Assembly: GCF_030144855.1 (NCBI RefSeq)
Contig: NC_082731.1
Location: 23,250,001 to 23,314,000, forward strand
DNA from: Hypanus sabinus
Taxonomy: Eukaryota
Length of the DNA stretch: 64,000 nt
Reading direction: 5' to 3'
A program made the translations under genes and the position numbers. Below the pieces are notes generated by a model. That model was not told where the DNA came from and did not search any database. It was given only the letters and a program-made list of their open reading frames with translations. Positions within the stretch are counted from its first letter, which is position 1. Each line of letters starts with the position of its first letter. Positions 39,540 through 50,483 of this stretch are shown piece after piece.

Positions 39540-41100
39540 TGTCCCTGCATGCAAGGAATAACAAATTACCGATCAATTTAGAACAAGATTAAACAGCTAA
39601 CTGATTCCGGACATATATGTGAAACCAAATAACACATGGAGTTGTAAAATTTCGAAAAACCAATCGAAGAACAAATCAATGATCTGTAAGAGTATATTTA
39701 CGATATAACCCGCCGAATTGTCGATGAAAATGCTATTGTTACTATTGTTAAACGACCGAATCGTAACTACAACGACACAGGTTTAAAGTCCTCACGTAAT
39801 GTCCATGACAAAGCTGAGTTTACAAGCAAATTATCTAAATATTTAATACCACGCGGGCAGTATATATGGGTTTTGACAAAACAAAAAGACCCTACTTCCG
39901 TAAACAAAACGAAGCTCATAATTAAAGTTTGCAATACAGTTAAACACTTTCAACGTATTACACTACGACAGAGTTAGGAAAACATGAAAAATGTGAAGAA
40001 ATACACACAATATCATTTAGTGCAGCATTAAGGTCAGGGCATTGCAATGGCTCTAAAAGAGGCAATCATTAATAAAAACCCCAAACTGAGTAATGAAATG
40101 CCGAAATGACAAAAATAAATAAAGAAACACAATTGAAACAGTAAGAGCAGAAATAGCGCACCTATTGGAGGGTAAAGATGGATAAATCGAGTAAGAAATT
40201 TACCCGGGTGGAAAGGCTAAGAGGATCGTTGCGAATTGTAAAGTCGAAAAATGAAACAACCAACCCCCAGGCAAAATCGACGTAGTATGCATAATTACAC
40301 TAAAAGCAAAACTTGTTGCAAACAAAACAATTTCGAACAGATAAATGAACTGCTCCAGAGGAAGGAAAGAGTATTGTAATTTCATAAGCAATTAAAACTT
40401 CATTCAGGATAATAAAATTTAAATGGACGTGTCAAAATTTTATTTTGTAAATCTGGTCAAACAGGATGCAATACGTTCAAGGAGCAAGCTGGATTAAGGA
40501 TGAAAAATAATTCGCACACTTTACTGAAGAAAAGCAAATACCTGAAGTTACAAAGGATATGCTCAAATCTGTTCAGAAAATTCTCACTTAAGTAATAGTT
40601 ATTATCCGGAAATTTTTTACCAACTGTTGCTATAAAATCTGCTTGCCTTCATCCGCAACTATTAACGCACAACAAGAACTTTCTCAAAATTCTGAAAAGG
40701 TCGCCGAATTGTTAACAGAAGATATAACATATTTCCTATCTGCAGAAGAAATGGCAACTAATCCAACAACATGCTATCCTATTATCTGCATGTGCAAGCT
40801 TGAAAGCAATAACATCTTCCGATTGGACACTTTGTAGCCTACAAGATTTGATATCAAATCTGGAATATTTCATCCATTTGTCCAGCCTCACGTGCAAACC
40901 ATACTTTGCAAAATGTGTCCCACAAGCAGGACTATAGAACAGTCATAGGATATTTGGATGTTTAGAAAATAATCACTCTGATATATGTGTTATTTCCCTT
41001 ATATTATGAAAACAATGTGTTTTTCCAACCGTCGCGATCTGCGCCATAATTTGCTTGAAACTAGCTTCATATTGTGAAATCGAATTTACTTATTTTCGTA
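39540..41100 (+). mobile_element. Possible L1/Tx1-type LINE 3' relic
   Basis: CKMC...TIE motif at about 40.9 kb resembles the C-terminal zinc motif; the rest is highly decayed. Confidence 0.3.
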
Positions 41101-42999
41101 GATCTTGTCTGCCCTGACAAGGCTGGTACTCGTATATTTTCATTGTTTTGTATTTTTAGCATATGTTTGAAATGTACAATACAGTACCTCTCTACTTGAA
41201 TCTAAAGTGCATGAAAATTTTGGGATCCCAAATTAACGTAGTGCCCCATGGATTTCGGTTGCGGCCAATCGAGTTTCAGGAGCCTAAGACGACACAGCCC
41301 ACTGAGTTTCGCTAATTGAATGAAAAAGGCACTGACTTTCGGCCGTTTGCTATTTTGACTGACATGAATGTAAAAGAAAATATTTGCAGTATTCGCAGCA
41401 GCAGATTTGGAAGTGGTCATCGTCTGCCTTGACAGCTAATTAAATTTTCTGAAAATGAACTAAACTGGCACATACATTGACAGTTTGTAAAGCTTCATAA
41501 TGTCCAAATGGATACACATGTAAACCAAGTGAAAAGCAGAGATATTCCAAGTCTTAACATTGTGCCAGAAATTGGAAACAATCTAATAACATGCCTACCC
41601 ACGAAGTGACGCTGAACAAATACTTTTCACGCACCAAATAACAACATAAATCTGTTTAAATAAGCATGTATATATGTGCCGAGATGTTGGTTTCTGTTTA
41701 AGTCAGCCGTGAAATATCGATCCTCTCAAAAGTTAATGGCTTTGCCGGCACAAGCTGATCGGCAACAACAACAACAACACAATGAAAAATAGCTTCATGA
41801 GAACAGTGAAGAAGGTTTTTTTTTCTTTTTGCTAAACCAATCTATATACTGGGTTGGGAATGGAGAGGCTTCTGAAATGCATGGCGTGAGAAAAACCGAC
41901 TGTACGCACACAAGTGTCGTTACCTCAAAGGTTCGGGTTACAATGTTCGTTATGTTGCGTAGTATCGTTATCAGCAGCGCTCAGTAGACATCAGATGCGC
42001 GCCAGAATTTGTGCAACGAATTAAGCAGTCTCCGTTAGCGTGAAGTTTTCTTCCCAGTAAATTACTACCGCATCGCACAATTGAATTATCACCGTATGTT
42101 GTCGAAAGAGACAATGCTTCGTATTCGCCTGACATGTACGACAAACGAGTAGAATAAATTAACGTTTATAGTGAGCCATGTTATTAACGGTACATTAGGC
42201 AACTGAGAGTGTGGAGGCTGGAAACAGGGCACGATGTGAAGAAAGACATGCGCCCAAAACAGTGTCGACCCGATTAGAAATTATCCAGCAACACGCACAA
42301 TCGCCAAATATTCCTAATCAACTTGCTCGAGGACTCCCACTAGTAAAATGTGGGAAACGCTGAAAAAGGGAGTGCATTAGGTACATTCAGAAAAAAAAAA
42401 TACGATGAGATGTTTACTCTGCTTTGTAGCATTGGAATGCCCAGCGCATTCTTTTGGACGTTGCTGGTCGGCGTTGCAGATGATTTTGAGAAGTTGGGCT
42501 TCTTACCGTCACGGTGCCTTCCTAATTACCTGATGTCGAGGGAATTGGACTGTGATTCTCCTCATCTCCTTACTAAACGTCCAGTTCTCCGTCTGCCTGT
42601 ACGATAGCTTCATCAGCAGTGCACGCTTCTGTATCTCCCCACTGTCTCTCATAAGTTTGCCATCATATGTGCTCCGAATAGAGCCGGACAATTCGTACCA
42701 TTGTTACATAATCCTGTAAATACCTAACGACAAACGTTAGCTGGCATTCTTCTTGCGAACTAAGCGATTCGACTTTGTGTCTCGAACAAAGCATCCAGAA
42801 GCTGGTATCCACTTCGTATTGTTGTTTCTGGTCATTCTAATTGCCGGAATTTCACTCTTGGACGACTGGCTGAGGCTGCTGTCCGCCGGATACGGCGGAG
42901 ATAAGTGTGTAGAACATCTACTTTGATCATTCTTCAAGTTAAATTTAGCGATGGACCAAGGAATTTAATGGAGACATAAATATTGACAAGAAAAAAATT

Positions 43000-43620
43000 G
43001 TACCTTGTACCCACTCCTCCACACACACGCTGTTTAGAATAGAACTGTTGGCATCAGCATCTTTTTTTTTGCCCAATATTAAAGATAGGTGAAACAGTTC
43101 TCCCTGTTGAACCAGTAATCCGCTTTCCTAGATTGCGGCTGACGCCACGTCCAGCTCAAATGTCATGGGCTGTTTGTCCACTATAGGTGAAACTATATTA
43201 TATGGTAGTACTTGGGTTTGGAATATAATGCCCTCTTCTTCACTCGGTCCATCTCCTTTCATGGAGTTGATATTTTAAATATGTTGATTTCTATATGGCG
43301 AATTGCTTAGCGAAACATTCACTCTCGAGGGCCCATACATTCAAAAATCAGTTGCAGCATCATCAGTTCTAAAACATAGTTAGAATCAGATCGGTGTGCA
43401 TAACATTCCCCACAGCACTGGCATCCCTCTGCAGAATGGAAGAGTTCGCTCATTATCGGCTGGTAAACATTAACTTTTTCGGAATGAAAATGAATCCCCC
43501 AAGGGCATTTCTTCGCTACCCCTTGACGAAATGTAGAACTGATTTTATTATAAAACAAAGTATACCTTTCTGAACGAAGAATCATCTCTGTACTCCCATT
43601 ATCGACAAACAAACAATGCT
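43000..43620 (-). mobile_element. Gypsy gag-protease fragment
   Basis: Knuckle-like CQCCGEC.AH and protease-like FELDVASA on - strand. Confidence 0.4.
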
Positions 43621-44789
43621 AAAAAAATCGAGTCTTCAAAGTTGCTCGGTGGATTATCTTTGTACTTTCATTCCTGCATTACAAGGACAGACTTGTGTTG
43701 AAATCAGTAACGTTGTCTTCGGGAGACGGCAGAGCTGTGTGCATTTGAAACACAAAGCCAAACTATGTTCTACGCCATTCTAAGTTGTGCAAAAGATTAA
43801 AATAGAAATATTACTTCAGGTTGGTTTTGTAATTGCAGCATATCTCTCTGTTCTTTCCCGTGAGCTGCAGGGCATCTTAATGTTTATTGATTTTTAGAAC
43901 TGTTCGGCTGGTCTTAATATTTACAAAACTTCGAGTTCGTCCATTGGAAACACATTCCAACCGATAGGCTAACGGAAAAATATTAATCAATCTTATGCTT
44001 GTATTACGGGGGACATTGTTGTTTCACTCTTCATCGCAATGGACTAACGTCGTCGAGGAGCACGAATGAATGACATTGCTCAGTCACGTTAGAAGGGCGC
44101 ATGCTAGGCAAGTTAACCTGAAGGACTTACAAACCGAAGCCGACGAGATGAATTGCATGAATGATCGAATGCTTGGGTCTAACCCAAAGTTCAGCGTGCG
44201 TAGAAGTCACCGTAAGATCGAATAGTTGCATACACATTCACGACCTTCTCACAATTGTTCTGATTATGGTGCAGAGAGTTGGTCAAATAAACACACGTTC
44301 GAGCAGAGATCTGTAGAAGAGAATCTCTGAACGCGGAACAAACACATCGGAACGACATTGATAGGTTACACGGTCAGAAGATCGTAATCGAACAATCAGT
44401 GACCACTTTATTGCATGAATAGATACTTAGTAAAGTGGAGACAGCGATTGTAATATACAGCACGGTGATAGCTGTAGTTTAATGTGACGAGCTATCACTT
44501 TGATACATCGAATTGTCTCTGTCTCTGTGTCCGGTTATTGGTATCGTGCAGATCATAGAACTGGAGAATACAGTGATATATGAGTTTTGATGCTCATAAA
44601 ATGCACAATCGGCAAGCAAAACGTCATGTCAGGGCAGATCAAAAAGCTATCGATGAGTGCCTTAAATATACGTGAAGTCTTGTACTCCATATCTGCTTGT
44701 GACAAATAAAATAACATAAAAACAACACATTGACGAATTTCGTGCTGAATGTTCCCACTCATCTCTGTTCTAAAAGGACGATCATTTAA

Positions 44790-45700
44790 TCTTAGCCTCT
44801 CGTATTATAGCAAACACACCAGTCTATCAAGACTTTTCATCATTCGGTAGGTTTTAATGAGGAGACCACTCAGTCTTGTGAATTCAAGGGATTACAAACA
44901 CAGAACCAATGAAGTCTCCTCATATGCTGATCCAGTCAATCCATAGCTCATTTTCACGTACCTTCGTTGAGCCCTCTATAGTTTCACTACAGCGTTTCAC
45001 AGATAACTATTTTAATACTGCTCATAAAACCTCAGGTGAGGTCTCACACGTGTTTGGTAAATTCTCAACTTCACATCCTTGCGTTTTATATTGCAGTCCT
45101 GTTGAAAATAATGCTGACATCGCATTTGGTTTGCTCACAATTAGATCTCCAACCCTTTGCATCTTACTATTTTTTGTTGCTTGTTGTTGTCTCTCCATTT
45201 AAAACATCGAGAGCACATCCCTATCTTCCCTTAAAATAAATGACAATTCACCTCCCAACACGGTCTTCTACCTGCCAGTGTAATACATGTCGATGTCCTT
45301 CGGTTGCTTCTCAACTTCGTCAAACCATTTAACTCTTCAACTATATTTGTATCAGCTGCAAATATTCCATAATCCTAATCTCTATAAAACGGATCGGTCT
45401 CAAATCCAACCCTGTGGTACATCATTCGTCACCGGCAACCAACGAGACGGGCTCCCTTTATTCCCACTCTTTGCCTACTGCCAGTCAGACACGCTACATT
45501 CTGTGCTGCGAAACCATGCTCTTGTGGCTTGCTAGGCTGTCATGTGCGGCAGCTTGACAAAATCCTCTGAATTGCAGCACAATTGGGCATTGTCATATGG
45601 CATATGGACTATCGTGACTACATTGTGCACACATTCGAAATATTTGATATTCAATTACTTCTCCAAATATCCTTAAAATTGCTTTTTGCTCACAGATCTC
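44790..45700 (-). mobile_element. CR1 fragment
   Basis: Reverse complement carries degenerate VPQG.GFE and FAADT motifs. Confidence 0.65.
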
Positions 45701-47123
45701 ACTCATATCCCTCGCTTTACACAAATTTATATCCTTCAGCTTGGAGTTCCCTAATTTTTCCTAGAAGTCTTCCATACTATTTGTATCAACCGTTTTTTTA
45801 TGTCTGCCATTAAAATCAGTCCTCAGTATTGCATTGCAAAAAGGTAACATCCTACCCGACGCAATTTAACATTCAAATCCCTGCTCGCCATAAATTCTAG
45901 TGAATACTTACTACATTTTACAAAGAATAATGTCATGATTCCCGTAGCTATGCGTCCGGATATGGCTTGATGTTTTATTAGGTACATACAAAAAAAAACA
46001 TGCAGTGGTGGAACGTGGCAACCTATTGCTGAGGAACACCCCTGTCTAATGACTGCAATGGTACCAAGAGAGTGATTGTAGATCTATCCTTTCCTATGAG
46101 GACGCCGAAAAAATTACGTCCAGTATAAGTGAATCAGTCTCCTGCTAAAACGCTCTTCAGTGCCTTGGCAAGACAGAGTGTAGGGGAGTATATAATTATG
46201 ATATTATTTAAATGCACACGTTCTTGTGTATTTCTGATAAACATGTTTAAATGTAAATCAGTCAGCAAAATGGATCTGGCTTTTGGTACATCATGCTCCA
46301 CAGCCATACTCATCTCCCCATCCCAGCATTCTTCTGCCGATCAGAGAAAGGGTTTAATGATGCTTTGGAAATAGAATAATGCTGCTCCACTGGGCTCCAA
46401 AGCAATGCACAAGAGTGAAGTTTCAAAGTATAATGAGGTGCGATTGCGACCCCATGAAGTGACAACGAAGAAAATGCGAAGTTGATATGCGTCTGCAAGC
46501 TGTGTGTGCTCCAATTATCTTGTTTCATAACCCCTGAACTGCGAATATGTAGAAACTTTTAAAACCTACAGCAAAATGCATGCCCTTCGGCCGGCAATAT
46601 TGTGCCGAATGTGTACTTGCCTTAGAAATTACCTGGGATTACCCATAGCCCTCTATTTTTCTAACCTTCTTGTACATATCCAGGACACATGCGAAAGGAA
46701 ACTTCCATTATATCGAAGTTCATCTGTAAATGACTAGCCATATAGATAGACAGATGGATAGATAGATACAAACCTGCAGGCTGATGGATTTCCAATTCAT
46801 CGGGGAATATTGACAGGACCGAATTTTATTGGTTACACACGATTATTTAATAAATCAAAGGAATGCAGTAAAATCAATCCAAAACAGTTTTTTTTCCCTC
46901 CCCAATAAATATGAGAACATCTGCAGATTTTGAAAATCCAAAACAATACACACAAATTGCTCTTGGAATGGAAAGGACAGATAGCCTATCCGGAAAGGAG
47001 TAAACAGTCGACCGTTTGGTAGGAGACACTTCATCGGGAAGTGACTAAAGGCGACTCCTTTGCTTACTTCTTTGAGAGCAGCTCCATTTCTGTCTTTAAT
47101 ATCTCTAGTTCCCCCTTCTATAG

Positions 47124-47162
47124 TTCTTTTGAAAACGATGATTTACGAATCTTTGCTATATG
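47124..47162 (-). other. Degenerate 23-RSS of the V pseudogene
   Basis: CATATAG + exactly 23 nt + TCAAAAGAA, starting 1 nt after the C-A codons. Confidence 0.45.
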
Positions 47163-47490
47163 AGGCGCATTTTCGGGGATTTAATGGCGCGGGCTATCAG
47201 CTTCAGTATAGCATTCGGAGGTCCTAGATTTTGTGGCTCCGGTGACGCGGGGATCGCAGGGCGATGTCTGCACAAAAGACCGGTTTGTCTTGGCAGACAA
47301 AGGAACTCAGGCTGTGTGCCAGGAGCTCTGAAGTTTTTGGACACAGTGTTCTGGAAAAAGGTCGCAGTGGAATTATAACATCGTACGCCAGGGAGTTGAT
47401 TGTTACGTCTCCCCTCTCGCTGTGCAACGGAGATATATTCTTCTCTCTTTTTAATGAAAAGAGATAGAGAGCCTGTAATATGTCGAATAC
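47163..47490 (-). pseudogene. Decayed V pseudogene, paralogue of the 50.2 kb V
   Basis: Colinear relics: REG/DVTIN, YDVIIP, PGTQPEFL, ADIA-R, then *DLR and TGC GCC (CA). EF-to-AD spacing is 37 vs 36 nt; R-to-D (11 codons) and R-to-C (16 codons) equal those of the 50.2 kb V. Frameshifts and stops are present. Confidence 0.6.
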
Positions 47491-47791
47491 CTGTGAATGA
47501 GAATTCTTTGGAGTACGGCAACTCTGTGTCTTTGTTGTTGTTTTCACGCACGCTTGCTCTGCACATGCATTGTTTTCTGGTGGGGGAGGAAGGATCGTTG
47601 TTTGTTGGGACTTTCCCATTGGAGGCAGGAGAATTAGATTTGATTTTTGTGGTTCTAACATTTAACTGTCATTTACTCTTTGGGGACACTCCTCTGTTTT
47701 TCGTGGATAGTTATGAAGAAAAAAAAACATATCAGGATGTATACAGTATACATTACTCAGTCATTAAATGTACCTTTGAATCTCACCTACT

Positions 47792-47925
47792 NNNNNNNNN
47801 NNNNNNNNNNNNNNNNNNNNNNNNNNNNNNNNNNNNNNNNNNNNNNNNNNNNNNNNNNNNNNNNNNNNNNNNNNNNNNNNNNNNNNNNNNNNNNNNNNNN
47901 NNNNNNNNNNNNNNNNNNNNNNNNN
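47792..47925. other. Assembly gap
   Basis: N run. Confidence 1.
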
Positions 47926-48059
47926 GTCGCTGAAAAGAAACGATAAAGGAGCATAATGGTTGTAAGAGAATATTACTTTATATATTGGAAAACCCCAAAA
48001 CACCACTGGCCTTCAGCCAAAAATCTTTTGATTTTCTGCAATTTTCGTCTTGGCCGAAC

Positions 48060-48289
48060 TGTTAAAGAAAATGGCATGACACGACCGAGTCTTGGCATGA
48101 GTCGTCTCGGTTAGACGGCCAATGTAACATTTCCCAGTGTTTCAGTGAGAGTTAAAATCTGATGAGATTTGAGGAGAAAGAAATTTTGAGAAATACACAA
48201 AATTAATTCATTTAGCAGAATCTTTATTGTTTTTTCGGAGTACACGTCGTCTGGAGAATGCTCTGCTTTATTATTGTCTCTTACGGTGA
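48060..48289 (+). pseudogene. Possible V relic (FR3 end best preserved)
   Basis: 48251-48286 reads LENALLYYCLLR (cf. LEDSAVYYCALR). TGT at 48060 and TGG CAT at 48093 are 11 codons apart, and W lies 182 nt before the YYC Cys. No credible RSS. Confidence 0.35.
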
Positions 48290-48834
48290 CTCTATGTAGC
48301 AGTGTCGCTTTTTGTAAACTCGATATGTATCCGTATGTAAACGAATCATCAATCGTTTCAATAAGAGAAGAGACTCGTCGTCCCATTTTGTACTTGTCAG
48401 TGGCAACGAATCCACCACAACTCATAGCCTCTAATTGTTCTTTGTGCGCAAGCATATGAGTTATAGCTTTTACCAGTCTTTCCGGCGCGCTCTCGTGCTT
48501 AGGTATCGTTCAAAGTTTGTATTGAATGGCGTTGCTTGGTTCTCAAGTTATGTCAGCTTGATGTGGTCAATTAAGCCATGATATCTCTACATCATGTCCA
48601 TCTGATCACTTTGCTGATTCGCATTCCACATTGTATTTCACAGATATGCATTTAAACATTGTCATAGATTAACGAATAATCAAAATAAAATTTTGGAAAC
48701 CTTCCCTAATGCATTCATACGCTGTTCGTCCTTGTGTTGTACAGGGCAAACTGGAGGACTGGAATTTCACGCTTTTCTGGCCGAAGCAAAATTTCTGTCT
48801 CAGCATCAATCCCCATTTGTAGCCCGCAGTTTGC

Positions 48835-48839
<5 letters not shown>

Positions 48840-48892
<53 letters not shown>
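48840..48892. repeat. (GT)n microsatellite
   Basis: Directly visible. Confidence 0.99.
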
Positions 48893-48893
<1 letters not shown>

Positions 48894-50149
48894 TGTGTGA
48901 AGTCTGTGTGAATGAGAGTGATTGTGACGTGGGGGTAGATTCATTGAAAAAATAATGCGACACTGACCTGTAATTTCCGTAATTCGCTGTCTGTAATTCA
49001 CTACATGAAAACATGACTGTCAACAAAACTGCCCGAACTCAATAATTTAGACCAACTTCGCTCCGAAAAAATGTTTTCCATGTGCTTATTACATTGTAGG
49101 GTTTTTACATGCTCAATTATTTCTTTGGCATGTCATTGCACATACACTATACCACTCGAGGAAAGGAATTACCCTCTCAGATAAGATATTACAATACATC
49201 CATGTATCTTAATTCTCAATAAATGAGACTACTGCAGTGTAACTCCATCTGATTTCTAACCCTGCAACATTTAGTTGGCTAACATCATTTACAGACATTA
49301 TACTTCAGAATACAACAGCTGTCTGAGCAAATAGCCTGGTATAAATAGAGCCTAATCGTGGTTTGGAGTCTGAAACCAACAGATTGTATGATAACCGATG
49401 AATTACAAGGATAGGGCATTTCATAATAACCGTTCAGATATGATATTACAGATAAACACTCAAAGGTCACTTGTTCATAGATAGAGCCAGTCCAAATACA
49501 CCTGACATACAGAAAAAATAAGCTAAAAACTCCAGAAAATGCGAATTAAAAATTGGAAACTGAAAGACTATGAAAATAAACAGGGGGAACATTATCCCAA
49601 TTGTACTATTTGCAACCGGTATCATCCCAAATTAACAAGAATATCGCATCTAGCAATTATGTCTATACAGTTTTATTTAAGTATACCTTCAGAAAGTTGC
49701 AATGCGAAACACGGAAACAATAGCCCAAAATTTTCCCGAAATTGAGAATTGTGTCTGCTTGGCTATGCACGTGCCTCAAGTTTTACCAGCTTGAGCTGAC
49801 TTAAAATAAATCTTCATTTACTGGAAACGGAAATAAATGAAGCAGGCACATGCTCTTGGGGTTTTAAAACCACCTGAAATTTCGATACCCTAAATTAACG
49901 GTTAGAGACATCTGTGTTTATATTTATTCGGAATAGAAATCAGCACCATCTAAGGTTCAACAATTAGTAAACTGTCAGTCTACCCTGACACAGGAACTGA
50001 GCTAATCAGGCAACTTCTGGATTCTCCGTGAACCGTTTGTTCTGATGATGGTTTCCTCTCTGGCCTGCTATCTCACCGATTGTATCCCCATGTCAGTAAC
50101 TGATTTGTGTGTATCAGGCGGCATCAAAGTGCAGCTGTACCCCAATAGT

Positions 50150-50188
50150 ACTTTTTGTACGAGTATTTTGTCGTTTTCTATCACTGTG
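50150..50188 (-). other. 23-bp-spacer RSS of the minus-strand V
   Basis: On - strand: CACAGTG (50188-50182) + 23 nt + ACAAAAAGT (50158-50150). Confidence 0.95.
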
Positions 50189-50483
50189 AGTGACTCTGCA
50201 CAGTAGTACACTGCCGTGTCAGACAATCTTAGACCTGTTGCAGTTAATCGATGATCCTTCCGGGAGCTATGTTCTGGATCAAAGAATCGGCCTTTAGCGA
50301 AGTCTGCGCTTACTTCGGTATTGCCACTCAGCACAGCAAACTCGAGCCGTCCACCAGCGTGCTGTCGATACCAATATTTATATGGTATAGTATCGTAATA
50401 TTTGCAGGTAAAGATGGCGTTTTCCCCCTCGGTCCGCGAGAGAACCAGTTCCTTCTGAGTAACGTAATTGTCACCGCTGAGAC
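50189..50483 (-). CDS. TCR alpha/delta-type V exon, open frame, leader not located
   Basis: Polypyrimidine acceptor ...caacag| then GLSGDNYVTQKELVLSRTEGENAIFTCKYYDTIPYKYWYRQHAGGRLEFAVLSGNTEVSADFAKGRFFDPEHSSRKDHRLTATGLRLSDTAVYYCAES, with no stops. Confidence 0.9.

Noticed and set aside
47342-47348. CACAGTG heptamer
   Set aside because: No nonamer at either spacing; lies inside the V pseudogene body.
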